Notes: generated by a model from the letters alone, not told the origin. A stretch of 64,000 nt of DNA from Candidatus Micrarchaeia archaeon (GCA_041663565.1 JBAYMJ010000004.1:582-64581), one strand, 5' to 3'; counted from the stretch's first letter, positions 35,644 to 45,997 are shown. Numbers and translations: made by a program.

Positions 35644-37689
35644 ATGAACAGGAATGCATGCTTTGTCGCCATTTTCATCATGCTCTTTTCGGCAACGGTT
35701 GCCGCAATAAGCTGCGCACAATCGCCCCAGTCCGACGAGATATTCAAAAAGGACCTGGGCTCCTGCGTTCTTGACGGCAACATAAGGCACTGCACCTTCA
35801 CGATTGAATCGGAAATCTGCAACGCCACGGCGGTCAAGCCGTGCCAGGTCGATTACGGCAGCTCGTACGCCTACAACGACAAGAACATGGTATACAACGA
35901 GAGCCTGGTCAGCTGCTATGTCATCCACGATGGGACTAAGCTTGCGTGCGGAGAGCCGTTCGTGACGGGCGAGGAGGACTACCCTTGGGGAACGGCCAGG
36001 GGCATGGCAGTAATGCTTCCCTCGTGCGAGAATGGCGACGTATACCAGGTCATCACGTCAAGCAATTTCTCAAACCTGAGGAATGACGTGGTTGAGGACA
36101 GCTGGTACTTTACGATGACCGGCATGAACGGGACGCCCGCGTACTCCGAATGGTCCCGGCTGGAAATCAGCGTTCCGAAGGGGATGCCCATGTATTATTA
36201 CTTCCATTCCAAGGCCGCCACAGCGACAAACACCACGGTAAACGGGGTTACGAAGTACGTCTTCGAACAGAAGGGCATGCCGCCCCTAAAGGAGGAGGAA
36301 AAAATGCCGGCCGCCAAGGAAGTCGAGGACTGGATGGAATACGCCAGCTCGGACGACTTCGGGGCGGTTTCAAGCTGGTTGCAAAGCGGATATGAAGACG
36401 CGGTAAAGCCCGACGAGTCGGTCATTGCCAAAGCATCGGAAATCGTCGGGAACTCGCAAGGCGGGGAAGCCATAGGAAAGCTGTACGATTGGACGAGGAA
36501 AAACATCGGATACAAGAGCGGGACCTCGATGGGATTCCGGCCCAACAATGCAAGCTACGTGCTGAAAACCGGGTACGCCAACAGCCAGGACGTCGGCGCG
36601 TTGCTTACGGCCCTCCTGAAAAGCAGGGGCTTTGACGCCGAACCCGCAATAGTCGCGTCAAACAGGGCCACGCGGATGGGAACGCTTGACCAACTCAACT
36701 ACATCATAACAGTTGCGCATTACCAGGGCAAGGACATCTGGATGGACGCAACTTGCGCCACCTGCCCCTACGGAACAGTTCCGTGGGATAAGCGGGACGT
36801 GCCGGTACTGCGGTTCATGACGCAGGACGCGACGGAAACAATACCCGCAGCCGGCGGGGAAACCAACACGTCAATCCGGATAGGCATCAAGGTGCTCCCA
36901 AATGGCACCACGCACATCACCCAGGCAAACATCCTTATGGACAAGCTCCGCGCTGAAGAATACCGGCAATATTACGGGACGTCAAGCAAGGAACAACGCA
37001 ATGGCTGGTTACAGGGGGCGGCAGGCGACTTCTGCAGCAACTTCTCAAACCTCGAATACTCGGGCCAAGACTTGGACAACGGCAAGTTCGAAATAAAGAT
37101 CAGCCTGGACTGCAACGGCCTTGCGGTTGTTGATGGCAAGAAAATCACGTTGCCAACATACGAGGGCAACAACATCGGGATGCCACATTACCTTACCGCA
37201 ACCGAACGCGTAAACGACTTTGACCTGGGCCCGACGGTCTACTACGAAGTCGCAATCAACTTCGAGTTCCCGGAAGGATATGAAGTCACTACGGACATCG
37301 CACCGGTCAGCGGCGGGTACGAAAACTACACCAAAACGCTCGGTTACGCCAAGCAGGGGAACACGGCCAAGTTAGTTTTCAACGCCTACTCCGGCCCGTT
37401 CGTGTCAAAGGAAGGTTTTGCCAGCATGAAGGCAGTAAGCACCGCGGTTTTCAACGCGCTGACACCCATTGAGGCGGTTTCTGCCGACGATGCCATTGCG
37501 ACGCCGAACGGCCAGACGGACAACCCGACTGCAACGCCAACGGCAGGCGGAAAGCTCGACAACACGGCAATCGCCGGCATCCTGGCCTTGGTCGCAATCG
37601 TTGCAGTCGGAGGATACTACCTGCTCAAGGCAAAGCCCAAAACTAAAGGCGGGAAAAAGATCAAATCAAGGAAGGGCAAGAAAAAGTAA
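35644..37689 (+). CDS. Membrane-anchored transglutaminase-like (DUF3857-associated) protein, likely catalytically altered
   Basis: Signal peptide, LYDWTRKNIGY..VLKTGYANSQDVGALL..WMDAT, C-terminal TM helix and basic tail. Confidence 0.7.
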   Translation: MNRNACFVAIFIMLFSATVAAISCAQSPQSDEIFKKDLGSCVLDGNIRHCTFTIESEICNATAVKPCQVDYGSSYAYNDKNMVYNESLVSCYVIHDGTKLACGEPFVTGEEDYPWGTARGMAVMLPSCENGDVYQVITSSNFSNLRNDVVEDSWYFTMTGMNGTPAYSEWSRLEISVPKGMPMYYYFHSKAATATNTTVNGVTKYVFEQKGMPPLKEEEKMPAAKEVEDWMEYASSDDFGAVSSWLQSGYEDAVKPDESVIAKASEIVGNSQGGEAIGKLYDWTRKNIGYKSGTSMGFRPNNASYVLKTGYANSQDVGALLTALLKSRGFDAEPAIVASNRATRMGTLDQLNYIITVAHYQGKDIWMDATCATCPYGTVPWDKRDVPVLRFMTQDATETIPAAGGETNTSIRIGIKVLPNGTTHITQANILMDKLRAEEYRQYYGTSSKEQRNGWLQGAAGDFCSNFSNLEYSGQDLDNGKFEIKISLDCNGLAVVDGKKITLPTYEGNNIGMPHYLTATERVNDFDLGPTVYYEVAINFEFPEGYEVTTDIAPVSGGYENYTKTLGYAKQGNTAKLVFNAYSGPFVSKEGFASMKAVSTAVFNALTPIEAVSADDAIATPNGQTDNPTATPTAGGKLDNTAIAGILALVAIVAVGGYYLLKAKPKTKGGKKIKSRKGKKK

Positions 37690-37706
37690 ATCTGTAAGTA
37701 GGTGAG

Positions 37707-38360
37707 ATGGATACGGTGGCAAAACACATAATCTTGCTCGGCGCGCCCGGAGTGGGCAAGGGAACTCTCGGCCAGGAAGTGGTCAGGCGCGCGGGCCTTG
37801 CATACGTCTCAACAGGGGACATGCTGCGCTCCGAAGTCGCGGCAAAGACTCCGCTTGGAAACAAGATTGCATCCATTCTCGCCGCTGGCGAGCTTGTAAA
37901 CGACGACCTTGTCAACGAGCTAATCAAGAAAGCGCTCGAGCGGCCGGAATCCCGTAACGGCTATATGCTCGACGGCTACCCGCGCACGCTTTACCAGGCA
38001 AAGACGCTTGAAGCGCTCCCGCAGGGAAAAATCGACATAGTGTTCAACATCGAACTGCCCACTGAGGAAATTGTCCGAAGAATCTCATCGCGCCGAAGCT
38101 GCCCCAAGTGCAAGGCAGTGTACAACCTGCTTTACTCAGCACCGAAGAAGGCCGGAGCCTGCGACAAGTGCGGCACCGGGCTGGTGACGCGCTCGGACGA
38201 CACGCCGGAGACAATCCGCAACCGCATCGCGGTATACGAGAAGAACACCAAGCCCCTTGTCGAGTATTACGAGAAGAAGGGAGTGCTTGTGCGCATCGAC
38301 TCGAGCGGAAGCGACAACGAACCGAAAATCCGCAAGATGCTTGCGGTAATCGGAAAGTAA
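37707..38360 (+). CDS. adk: Adenylate kinase (bacterial-type, zinc LID)
   Basis: GAPGVGKGT, STGDMLR, LDGYPR, CPKC..CDKC and RSDD. Confidence 0.93.
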   Translation: MDTVAKHIILLGAPGVGKGTLGQEVVRRAGLAYVSTGDMLRSEVAAKTPLGNKIASILAAGELVNDDLVNELIKKALERPESRNGYMLDGYPRTLYQAKTLEALPQGKIDIVFNIELPTEEIVRRISSRRSCPKCKAVYNLLYSAPKKAGACDKCGTGLVTRSDDTPETIRNRIAVYEKNTKPLVEYYEKKGVLVRIDSSGSDNEPKIRKMLAVIGK

Positions 38361-38415
38361 GCCAAGGTTGCACGCATCGTCCTTTTCAAGGGCGAATTAG
38401 CGCACACCTAGGCAA

Positions 38416-38793
38416 CTACCCGCGCAATTGCGAGCGCTCCTCCGGCGTGAGGATTCGGAAGTACAACATTGACTTCTTGGCCGAATGCTCGCCGATGTTT
38501 GTTATCCCCGTCCTGCGGGAAGTGAAAAAACGCTTATGCGCAGGCACCGAACCGACCTGTTCATGCGTCAAGCCGGATTCGCTTGCAATCTTGGCCAAAT
38601 AGGCCTTATCCGGAATTGAAGACGGGCGTTCGCCCAGAAACACGCCGTGCGGAACGTGCGTCTTTTCATTCTCAAGCCGGGCAACGAAACCCGTATTATG
38701 AACGTCAATCGCCTTCCATGACGGCTTCAAGCTCCCGTGCGGGATGTGGACATACCGGTATGTTCCCTCGGTTTTGGCGGGTGTTTTCGGCAT
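38416..38793 (-). CDS. Hypothetical basic protein
   Basis: Fills the intergenic gap, AGGTGA SD-like site upstream; no recognisable motif. Confidence 0.5.
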   Translation of the reverse strand: MPKTPAKTEGTYRYVHIPHGSLKPSWKAIDVHNTGFVARLENEKTHVPHGVFLGERPSSIPDKAYLAKIASESGLTHEQVGSVPAHKRFFTSRRTGITNIGEHSAKKSMLYFRILTPEERSQLRG

Positions 38794-38835
38794 CGCAGAT
38801 TCACCTTTCTTAGTATCTGGGTTCTTGTTTAAAAC

Positions 38836-39519
38836 TCAGCCTGCGAGAAGCTTTTCAATCTCGTAAAGGCTTGCAATCCTGCATACTTCCTCGCCTAGCG
38901 GCGGCTCGTCGCCAAGCAGCTTCGTGTACTTCAGGTTCCGGTCAAGAAGTATTGCCGAGCAGCCTTCCTTTACTGCTGGAAGATAATCGCTCTTGTAGGA
39001 GTCGCCGACGTGCAGGATTTCGCAGGTCTCCACGCCAAGCTCGCGTGCAAGCCGTGCGAACACGCCGTCGTGGGATTTTATTTTTGAGTAGTCGGAATAT
39101 ACTGAAATCGAGCGCTCGAAGAACCCGTCGAGGCCGTCAACTTTTATCTTGATGTCGAGGAACATCTTGGGCGTGTTCGAGAACACCACCATCCGCCGCT
39201 TTTCCTTCCGGAGCGCTTTCAACACGGGAAGCGCGTCGGGAAATACAGTGATCTTGTGCGAAAGGTCGGACACTATTTTCTGCGGGTCAACCTTGAGCTT
39301 GTGGTGCTCTATCCAAAAGCACAGGTCGTACCACTCGCGGCGCTGCATCCCGATGCGGTCGTATTCCGAACGCATCAGTTCCTTCGCCTGCGCAAGCGGC
39401 ACCCCGTTCTGCTCCGAATACAGCCGCGGGAGCTCCTGAAACCACAGGTGGAAGTCAAAATCCAGGTCTATGAGCGTGCCGTCGAGGTCGAATGAGATTA
39501 CCTTTGGCGACAAAGGCAT
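38836..39519 (-). CDS. HAD-superfamily hydrolase
   Basis: FDLDGTL, FSN and HVGDSYKSD. Confidence 0.88.
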   Translation of the reverse strand: MPLSPKVISFDLDGTLIDLDFDFHLWFQELPRLYSEQNGVPLAQAKELMRSEYDRIGMQRREWYDLCFWIEHHKLKVDPQKIVSDLSHKITVFPDALPVLKALRKEKRRMVVFSNTPKMFLDIKIKVDGLDGFFERSISVYSDYSKIKSHDGVFARLARELGVETCEILHVGDSYKSDYLPAVKEGCSAILLDRNLKYTKLLGDEPPLGEEVCRIASLYEIEKLLAG

Positions 39520-39535
39520 TTGGGCAAACACCGGG

Positions 39536-40750
39536 TTACTGGGCAAGCACTGCCGTGCCATAGAGGCGCCAGCGCTTCTGCGCCTGCCTCATCACGGCAA
39601 TCTTGGATGCGCCGTCGATGCAGACGGGCTTTCTGAGCTTGAGGGTTGCGACGTTCTTCTTTTTGTCGGTCACAAAGCCGACGGTTGTGTTGGTTCCAAC
39701 CCCAAGAACGAGAGGCTCGTCCTTCCCAAATCCTGCAGGGAATATCTCCATCGTGCGCTCCAGGGGGGTAATCTTGATTTTGATTTCATCCATCAGAAGC
39801 GGGAGCTTGCCAGGAAGGCCTACCGTGCATCCAACAAGAGTGTCCGCCTTTGAGATTGCCGGATCCACTTCAAGGCCCATCGCGATGAGCCCGCCGGGAA
39901 CGGCTTCCTTGAGCTGCTCTGCGCCGGCGTGAAGGGAGACTATTTTCGACTTGAGCTTTACGTAGCTCGTCTTTTCCTTCTTCTTCCTTGCGGGCCCTGG
40001 AAGCAACTCGACCTCGTCGCCTACCTTGAAGGAGCCGCGGATTACCGAGCCGCCGACCACCCCGCCGCCAACTTCGGCAATCTTGGTGCCGGGCTTGTTG
40101 ACATCGAAGCTGCGGGCGACGTAAAGTATGGGCGAGTCCGAAGGCTCGCGCTTGGGGGTGGGGATGTCCTTCTCGATGGCCTGGATGAGCGCGTCGAGGT
40201 TGATGCCCTGGTTTGCAACAACGGGAATGATTTGCGAGTTCTCGTAGGAGGAGCCTTTGAGGAACGTCTTGATTTCCTTGTAGTGCTCAAGCGCGCGCTC
40301 CTTGCTTACCAGGTCGATTTTGTTCTGTACAATCACGACGTTCTTTATCCCCGCGGCCTCAAGCACAGCAAGGTGCTCCACGGTCTGGGGCATCGGGCAC
40401 TTCTCGGTCGCGGCAATCAAAAACAGCGCGCCGTCGATGATGGAGCTTGCTGCAATGACGGTTGCCATCAGCGTCTCGTGACCCGGCGCGTCCACGAATG
40501 AAATCTTCCTCATCTTCTCGGTCTTCCGGTTGCACACCGGGCACTCCTGCTTCATAGAGAAGCACTGTGGCGCCGAGCACTTCACGCAGCGGTAGAACGT
40601 GGCGTCGGCGTAGCCGAGCTTGATGGTGATGCCGCGCTTGAGCTCCTCGCTGTGCGTGTCCGTCCACTTGCCGGTAAGCGCCTGCACTAAGCTGGTCTTT
40701 CCGTGGTCGACGTGGCCTATGGTGCCTATGTTGATTTCAGCCTGAGCCAT
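39536..40750 (-). CDS. eif2g: Translation initiation factor aIF2 gamma
   Basis: GHVDHGKT, HSEELKRGITIKLGY, DAPGHE and QNKID. Confidence 0.97.
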   Translation of the reverse strand: MAQAEINIGTIGHVDHGKTSLVQALTGKWTDTHSEELKRGITIKLGYADATFYRCVKCSAPQCFSMKQECPVCNRKTEKMRKISFVDAPGHETLMATVIAASSIIDGALFLIAATEKCPMPQTVEHLAVLEAAGIKNVVIVQNKIDLVSKERALEHYKEIKTFLKGSSYENSQIIPVVANQGINLDALIQAIEKDIPTPKREPSDSPILYVARSFDVNKPGTKIAEVGGGVVGGSVIRGSFKVGDEVELLPGPARKKKEKTSYVKLKSKIVSLHAGAEQLKEAVPGGLIAMGLEVDPAISKADTLVGCTVGLPGKLPLLMDEIKIKITPLERTMEIFPAGFGKDEPLVLGVGTNTTVGFVTDKKKNVATLKLRKPVCIDGASKIAVMRQAQKRWRLYGTAVLAQ

Positions 40751-40874
40751 GAGAATGAAATTATCGCGCTTCAAGGTTAAAATGGGATGGGGTGTAGCTC
40801 CCAACGCATTTATCTTTCCTTTCGTGCCAAAGCCATAAGACGCAATCCGCCCTATTTTCCAGAGGTAATTTACA

Positions 40875-42539
40875 ATGGCAGCTGACTACGACCCCGAAAA
40901 GAAAAGAAAGCTCGACTTGCTGGTCGCAAAGAAGGTCAACCCATACCCCTACACTTTCGGCCGCACGCACAAGGCGCAGCAGGTCAAGGACTGCTACGAC
41001 GCCCTCGAGGGAAAGGAAGTCTCGGTCGCGGGCCGCATCATGCAGATGCGCTCGTTCGGGAAGCTCGTGTTCTCAACGCTGGACGACGTGTCCGGCCGCA
41101 TACAGGTGTACGCAAGCGAGGCGGACGTCGGTCCGGAAGTTCTCAAGTCGTTCGAGACTGCTGACCTGGGAGACATCATCGGAGTCACCGGGAAGGTCAC
41201 CAAGACCAAGAAGGGCGAGATTTCAGTTGCCATAAAGAAGTGGGAGATGCTTGCAAAGTCGCTCCGCACGCTTCCGGAGAAGTTCCACGGCCTGGAGGAC
41301 ACCGAGACCCGCTACCGAAAGCGCTACCTCGACCTTTTGATGAACCCCGAGTCGAGAAAAATCGCAATCATACGCTCGAAGATGGTCAGCGCGATGCGCG
41401 ACTACTTCGACCGCAACGAGTTCTTCGAGGTGGAGACGCCGATTTTGCAGCCGCTTTACGGCGGCGCCGCTGCAAGGCCGTTCATCACGCACCACAACGC
41501 GCTTGACACCGACCTATACTTGAGGATAGCAAACGAGCTCTACCTCAAGAGGCTGATAGTGGGCGGGCTTGAGCGGGTGTACGAGTTCTCCAAGGACTTC
41601 CGCAACGAGGACATAGACTCGACCCACAACCCCGAGTTCACGCAGGTGGAATACTACGCCGCGTACTGGGACTACAACAGCTGCATGCGCTTTTCCGAGG
41701 GAATACTCGGACACGTAGTTGAAAAGATCCACGGCACGAAGAAAATCCAGTTCCGCGGGAAGGAAATCAGCTTCGAGGCGCCGTTTGCGGTCGTGTCCTT
41801 GGTTGGCAAAATCTTGGAAAAATCCGGCGAGGACGTTCTTACTTGGACTACTGACGCGCAGGCTGTCGAGGCTGCAAAGAAGCACGGCCTGGACTGCAAG
41901 ATACCCAACAGGGCGCACGTGATTGACGCTTTGTTTGACAAGTACGTTCAGCCGGAATTGGTCCAGCCCACATTCCTCATCGACTTTCCGGGGTTCATGT
42001 GCCCGCTTGCAAAGAAAAAGCGCGGCGACGAGAGGCTTGCCGAGAGGTTCGAGCTTTTCATCGGAGGCGGCGAGTGCGGGAACTCCTACTCGGAAATCAA
42101 CGACCCCGTGTTCCAGCGCCAGAAGCTCGAGGAACAGGCCCGCGAGCTTGCGGGCGGGGACGACGAGGCGATGCCCCTTGACGAGGACTTCCTCGAGTCG
42201 ATGGAGTACGGCATGCCGCCGACCGGAGGCATGGGAATCGGCATCGACCGGCTGGCAATAATCCTAACTGACTCTCCCTCAATCAAGGAAGTCATACTCT
42301 TCCCCAGCATGAGGCCCCTTGACTCCGACCGCCGGAACAACGAAAAGGCCGTCCCAAAGGCGGTTGCGGAACAGAAGCAAAAGGAGAAGGGCGATGCGAA
42401 GGCCAGGGAAAAAGAGCCGAAGAAGCCTGCTGGAAATGACAAGACTGCGGGCGGCTCCAAGGACAAGGACGAAAAACCACCTGCAAAACTAAATACGCCC
42501 GGCTTCGCAGAGGACTTGGACGAGATGCCGTCAATCTGA
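40875..42539 (+). CDS. lysS: Lysyl-tRNA synthetase, class II
   Basis: OB fold, RYRKRYLDL, FRNEDIDSTHNPEFT and YGMPPTGGMGIGIDRL. Confidence 0.96.
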   Translation: MAADYDPEKKRKLDLLVAKKVNPYPYTFGRTHKAQQVKDCYDALEGKEVSVAGRIMQMRSFGKLVFSTLDDVSGRIQVYASEADVGPEVLKSFETADLGDIIGVTGKVTKTKKGEISVAIKKWEMLAKSLRTLPEKFHGLEDTETRYRKRYLDLLMNPESRKIAIIRSKMVSAMRDYFDRNEFFEVETPILQPLYGGAAARPFITHHNALDTDLYLRIANELYLKRLIVGGLERVYEFSKDFRNEDIDSTHNPEFTQVEYYAAYWDYNSCMRFSEGILGHVVEKIHGTKKIQFRGKEISFEAPFAVVSLVGKILEKSGEDVLTWTTDAQAVEAAKKHGLDCKIPNRAHVIDALFDKYVQPELVQPTFLIDFPGFMCPLAKKKRGDERLAERFELFIGGGECGNSYSEINDPVFQRQKLEEQARELAGGDDEAMPLDEDFLESMEYGMPPTGGMGIGIDRLAIILTDSPSIKEVILFPSMRPLDSDRRNNEKAVPKAVAEQKQKEKGDAKAREKEPKKPAGNDKTAGGSKDKDEKPPAKLNTPGFAEDLDEMPSI

Positions 42540-42562
42540 GCGGCAGCCCAAAAACCCTCCTC

Positions 42563-43108
42563 TTATTTTTTATTGAACGACTTGGAAAGCCGCAAGTCCA
42601 GGTAGCCCATCAGCTGGTAGCCGGCATCGAAGCCCACCACCGCAAACGCGTACGCGGGTTCGGAAAGAAGAAGCGACACGGCTATTGCGGTCACGTCGAG
42701 TATTACGCGGTAGGACAGCAGCCTGCGCAACGTCCTGTCCCTGACTTTCCCGAGGCTTGCGCGGTCGGACAGGACCTCGTCCACATAGGCCGCGACGACC
42801 AGCGCACACAGCGGGAGGAAATAGGGCATCCTCAGGCCCATCGCAATCGACGCGACCACGAACGCGAGCATCCCGGCGTAGTGTATGGGGTGGTCCTCCT
42901 TTCCCGCAAGGATTACTGCGACTATTACCGCAAGAGCAGCTGTCGCAAGCACCGGGCTCTGGGTGAATATGATTGCGCCTACAAGGCCGTAGCCTATGCC
43001 CGCCAGGTACCCGTAAACGCTGTGGCGCGAAAGCCTGCGATCGTCGGCGATGTCGTCGGCCAGCTTGACCAGGCAGCCGCAGAGGATGCAAAGGACGTAA
43101 ATGAACAT
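42563..43108 (-). CDS. Hypothetical multi-pass membrane protein
   Basis: About six hydrophobic segments; KLADDIAD and GKEDHPIH. Confidence 0.65.
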   Translation of the reverse strand: MFIYVLCILCGCLVKLADDIADDRRLSRHSVYGYLAGIGYGLVGAIIFTQSPVLATAALAVIVAVILAGKEDHPIHYAGMLAFVVASIAMGLRMPYFLPLCALVVAAYVDEVLSDRASLGKVRDRTLRRLLSYRVILDVTAIAVSLLLSEPAYAFAVVGFDAGYQLMGYLDLRLSKSFNKK

Positions 43109-43167
43109 TCAGACCACGAAATATTCGGAAAAAGGGCAATATATTCCTCTGCCCGACAAACTCCTTC

Positions 43168-44136
43168 CTAAAGAAAAGGCGAGATTATGATTGGGAAAAG
43201 CACGGTCGCGTCGCCCTCCACATAGGCTGACTTTGCCTTGGCGCTGATTTTCCCCCACGACACGGCCTCGTTGGTGCGCGCGCCGGTCATCGAGCCGTCG
43301 TACTGCGTGCCTGTTGAGACGTAAACTGCATAGTCAAGCCCGCCGCGCATTATGTTCAGGCCGATGGTGTGGTGCTTTGCAAAACCCCCGCCGAGTATGA
43401 TTGCGCCGGTCTTCTTTGCAAATGCCACTTCCGTGCCAATGGTGCGCATGTCGCCAGCCGCGTCGACTACCAGGTCGTAGTCCTGGCGGAAGAACGCAAG
43501 GTGCATCCCCATCGCGCCGTCGGTCGGGGCCGGGAGGATGACCTTGATTCCGTTCTTGTACGCCCAATATACCCACGAGCTTTCCAAGGCCTTGTTGCCC
43601 TTGAACTTCTCGGCAATGAACTTGCCGTACGCAAAGACCATTTCCGAAGGCGTGATTACCGCGCGGAACTTTCCGTTCGGACGCTTCTCCTTCTTCGCCT
43701 CGAAAATTTTGGAATAGAACTCCATATCGAGCTTCTCAAGGAGAACATACCGGTCGTTGGGCACGAGCACGTTCCCGATGCGGTTGATGCCCTTCCTGTG
43801 CAGCGCGGCATCGTCCTCGTTGAAGGTCCCGAGCAGGAATGGCTTGCTGATTTTCATCACGTCCTCCTCGACCGAGCCCACGCCGGTGACTACTGCGTCG
43901 CAGAACTTGCGGCGGCAAAGCTCGGCGAAGAGCTCGCGCAGGCCGCCGGACACCATGTTGGAGGTGAACGCAAGGAAAGTGTAGGCGTTGTCCGCCTTCA
44001 TCGCCTTGACAACGTCAACGGCCCTGCCAAGCTCGCTTGCCTGGAAGCCTGCGGACTTGAGCATGCTCGCATAATCCGAAAGCGTGGTCTTTGCTGACAC
44101 TGAAATGCCTGAAATCTTCTGCTGCACTGTTTTCAA
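43168..44136 (-). CDS. dys: Deoxyhypusine synthase
   Basis: FTSNMVS, INRIGN, ILGGGFAKHH and EAVSWGKI. Confidence 0.95.
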   Translation of the reverse strand: MKTVQQKISGISVSAKTTLSDYASMLKSAGFQASELGRAVDVVKAMKADNAYTFLAFTSNMVSGGLRELFAELCRRKFCDAVVTGVGSVEEDVMKISKPFLLGTFNEDDAALHRKGINRIGNVLVPNDRYVLLEKLDMEFYSKIFEAKKEKRPNGKFRAVITPSEMVFAYGKFIAEKFKGNKALESSWVYWAYKNGIKVILPAPTDGAMGMHLAFFRQDYDLVVDAAGDMRTIGTEVAFAKKTGAIILGGGFAKHHTIGLNIMRGGLDYAVYVSTGTQYDGSMTGARTNEAVSWGKISAKAKSAYVEGDATVLFPIIISPFL

Positions 44137-44750
44137 CTCCGTTCTTCCCGCTCTTCGAACTCGATTTTGAAACCTTTCGGGGTCAAGGCATCGAAATAAT
44201 TCGGTTTTCCCTTCGCATTTGCCAGATGCTCGTTGGCGGCTGCGCGAATACCGTCTTGTGCTACTCCCGAGTTCTTGGCCTTGACGAGCTGCACAAACGC
44301 CTGCAACCCTTGGGTGGATTCGGGATTGTAGGACCTCTTTTCGTGGAACGCTTCCTTTATGACGGCCTGGTGCGTCGGATGCTCGCGTTGAACGGTATTT
44401 ACCAGCCTCTGCAACGCTTCCTTTGCCAACTGATAATGGGTGGTTTCGCCGTTTTTCACCCGCATCGACAGGTTATCAACGATTATTTTCTGCAACCCCT
44501 TGACGTCTTGCGAGGTTGGAATGGCAGTAAGGTCGGAAATGCGCTGCCTTATCACAAGCGGCAGCAGGGTATTCCGGTTCTCATTAAAATCGATGACCAG
44601 GCCGTCCATTTGACCGCTTTTCCCGTTCAGGTGTTCCATGGCCACGATGCCGTTTTTTTTCAAGGCCCGCTTAATAGTCGGCAAAAGTGCATCGTGCCCG
44701 GTTATGTGCGAGATGGTCTGCTTTCGTTCCTCTGGATTGGCGGAGGCCAT
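44133..44750 (-). CDS. Hypothetical protein
   Basis: 205-aa ORF with a 4-bp overlap onto the dys start; no motif recognised. Confidence 0.55.
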   Translation of the reverse strand: MASANPEERKQTISHITGHDALLPTIKRALKKNGIVAMEHLNGKSGQMDGLVIDFNENRNTLLPLVIRQRISDLTAIPTSQDVKGLQKIIVDNLSMRVKNGETTHYQLAKEALQRLVNTVQREHPTHQAVIKEAFHEKRSYNPESTQGLQAFVQLVKAKNSGVAQDGIRAAANEHLANAKGKPNYFDALTPKGFKIEFEEREERS

Positions 44751-44830
44751 GTGGATTCCTTCTTAGAGGTTATCTGCCTGCCGCGGTTTTTAACGCTTCC
44801 AGATGCCCCTGCTGAATGCAGCCTGGCGCA

Positions 44831-45997
44831 TCAGGGCTGGCTCCACTCTATCTCGTAATACTCGAACTTGCTGTCGGCAAGCGCAATGCGCTTTACAAGG
44901 TAGTGCGTGACAGCTGTCTCGCGGTCGCAGATTGCAAGCATCAGGTCGATGCCGTACTTCTTGGAGGTCTCGATTGCCTTGGCAAGCTCCTGGCCGCCAA
45001 TCTCCTCCTCCTCGGAAAGCGCGAGCATCGCAAAGCGCGGCCCGGAGGTCTTGGGCGTTTCGATGCCTTCCTTCGCGCGGTGGTATAGAATGAAATCAAC
45101 GTCGGACGGCACCTCGCGCCTTGTGCCCGGTATTGCGAGGATGAATGTCTTCTTCACGCCGTGCGCAACTCGGATTGCGCGGCTCCACTCGGAGATGAGC
45201 ATCTTGCTTTCGCGGGGAAACACGTGGATTACGTGCTTGGAGTGCATCCACTCGTCATTCGAGAGCGCGGGAGAGGCTCCGGGAAGGTACAGCCGAAAGT
45301 GCGTGCCGAACTTGAACCCGGTCTTGAGCACGCACCCGCGGAGCCGCCAGTCCTCGTAGACTTCGTAAAGCGCGAGGAAGTCGAACCTGCGCTTGGTTGC
45401 CTCCTCGATGAGCCTCTTTTCGCCCACGTTGAGCACAAGCCCGCAGTGCCTCATAAGGAAAAGCGTCTCGTATGCATCCAGCTTGAGGAAGCGGCCGTGC
45501 TTGCGCGCCTTGTAGGTTCCAAGCTGGCCGAACCAGCCGTTGTCGTAAAGCGAGGCGCCTACTGCGTCGTCGTCGATTACTGTCATCAGGTCGTCGTAGA
45601 AGAACAGGCCCTTCGCGCCAATCTTGAACGGCTTGAAATCCCCCGACGGGTACTTCTTGACCGGGTTTCTTCCGTAATTCTTCTTGGCCTCGGAAAACTC
45701 GCGGGCAATAAGGCCGCGGTCGCGCCAGTCCTTGTAGCAGAAGTAGCGCGCTAGGAACTTTTTCGAGCGGTCGCACTTTCGCGCGACGTCGTTGAACGAC
45801 AGCAGCTTGCCCGAAGGACCCTTGCACTCGGCGTTGCGAACGTCGAGCAGGTAAAGGGCTTCCTCTGCCGAAAGCTCCAGCTCGAACTTTCCCTTTTCCT
45901 TCTTCTCCACGCCGTAGAAGCTGCGGTCAAGCGCCTGGACTGAGACCAGGTCGCGCACTGTCGCCTTCTCTCCGTCGAATCCGAAAACTACGCCCAT
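44831..45997 (-). CDS. endA: tRNA-intron splicing endonuclease, epsilon2 (ARMAN-type)
   Basis: 388 aa three-unit layout; LSAEEALYL, KTGFKFGTHFRLY, HS, RVAHGVKK; GTYK loop resembling the ARMAN-specific loop. Confidence 0.88.
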   Translation of the reverse strand: MGVVFGFDGEKATVRDLVSVQALDRSFYGVEKKEKGKFELELSAEEALYLLDVRNAECKGPSGKLLSFNDVARKCDRSKKFLARYFCYKDWRDRGLIAREFSEAKKNYGRNPVKKYPSGDFKPFKIGAKGLFFYDDLMTVIDDDAVGASLYDNGWFGQLGTYKARKHGRFLKLDAYETLFLMRHCGLVLNVGEKRLIEEATKRRFDFLALYEVYEDWRLRGCVLKTGFKFGTHFRLYLPGASPALSNDEWMHSKHVIHVFPRESKMLISEWSRAIRVAHGVKKTFILAIPGTRREVPSDVDFILYHRAKEGIETPKTSGPRFAMLALSEEEEIGGQELAKAIETSKKYGIDLMLAICDRETAVTHYLVKRIALADSKFEYYEIEWSQP

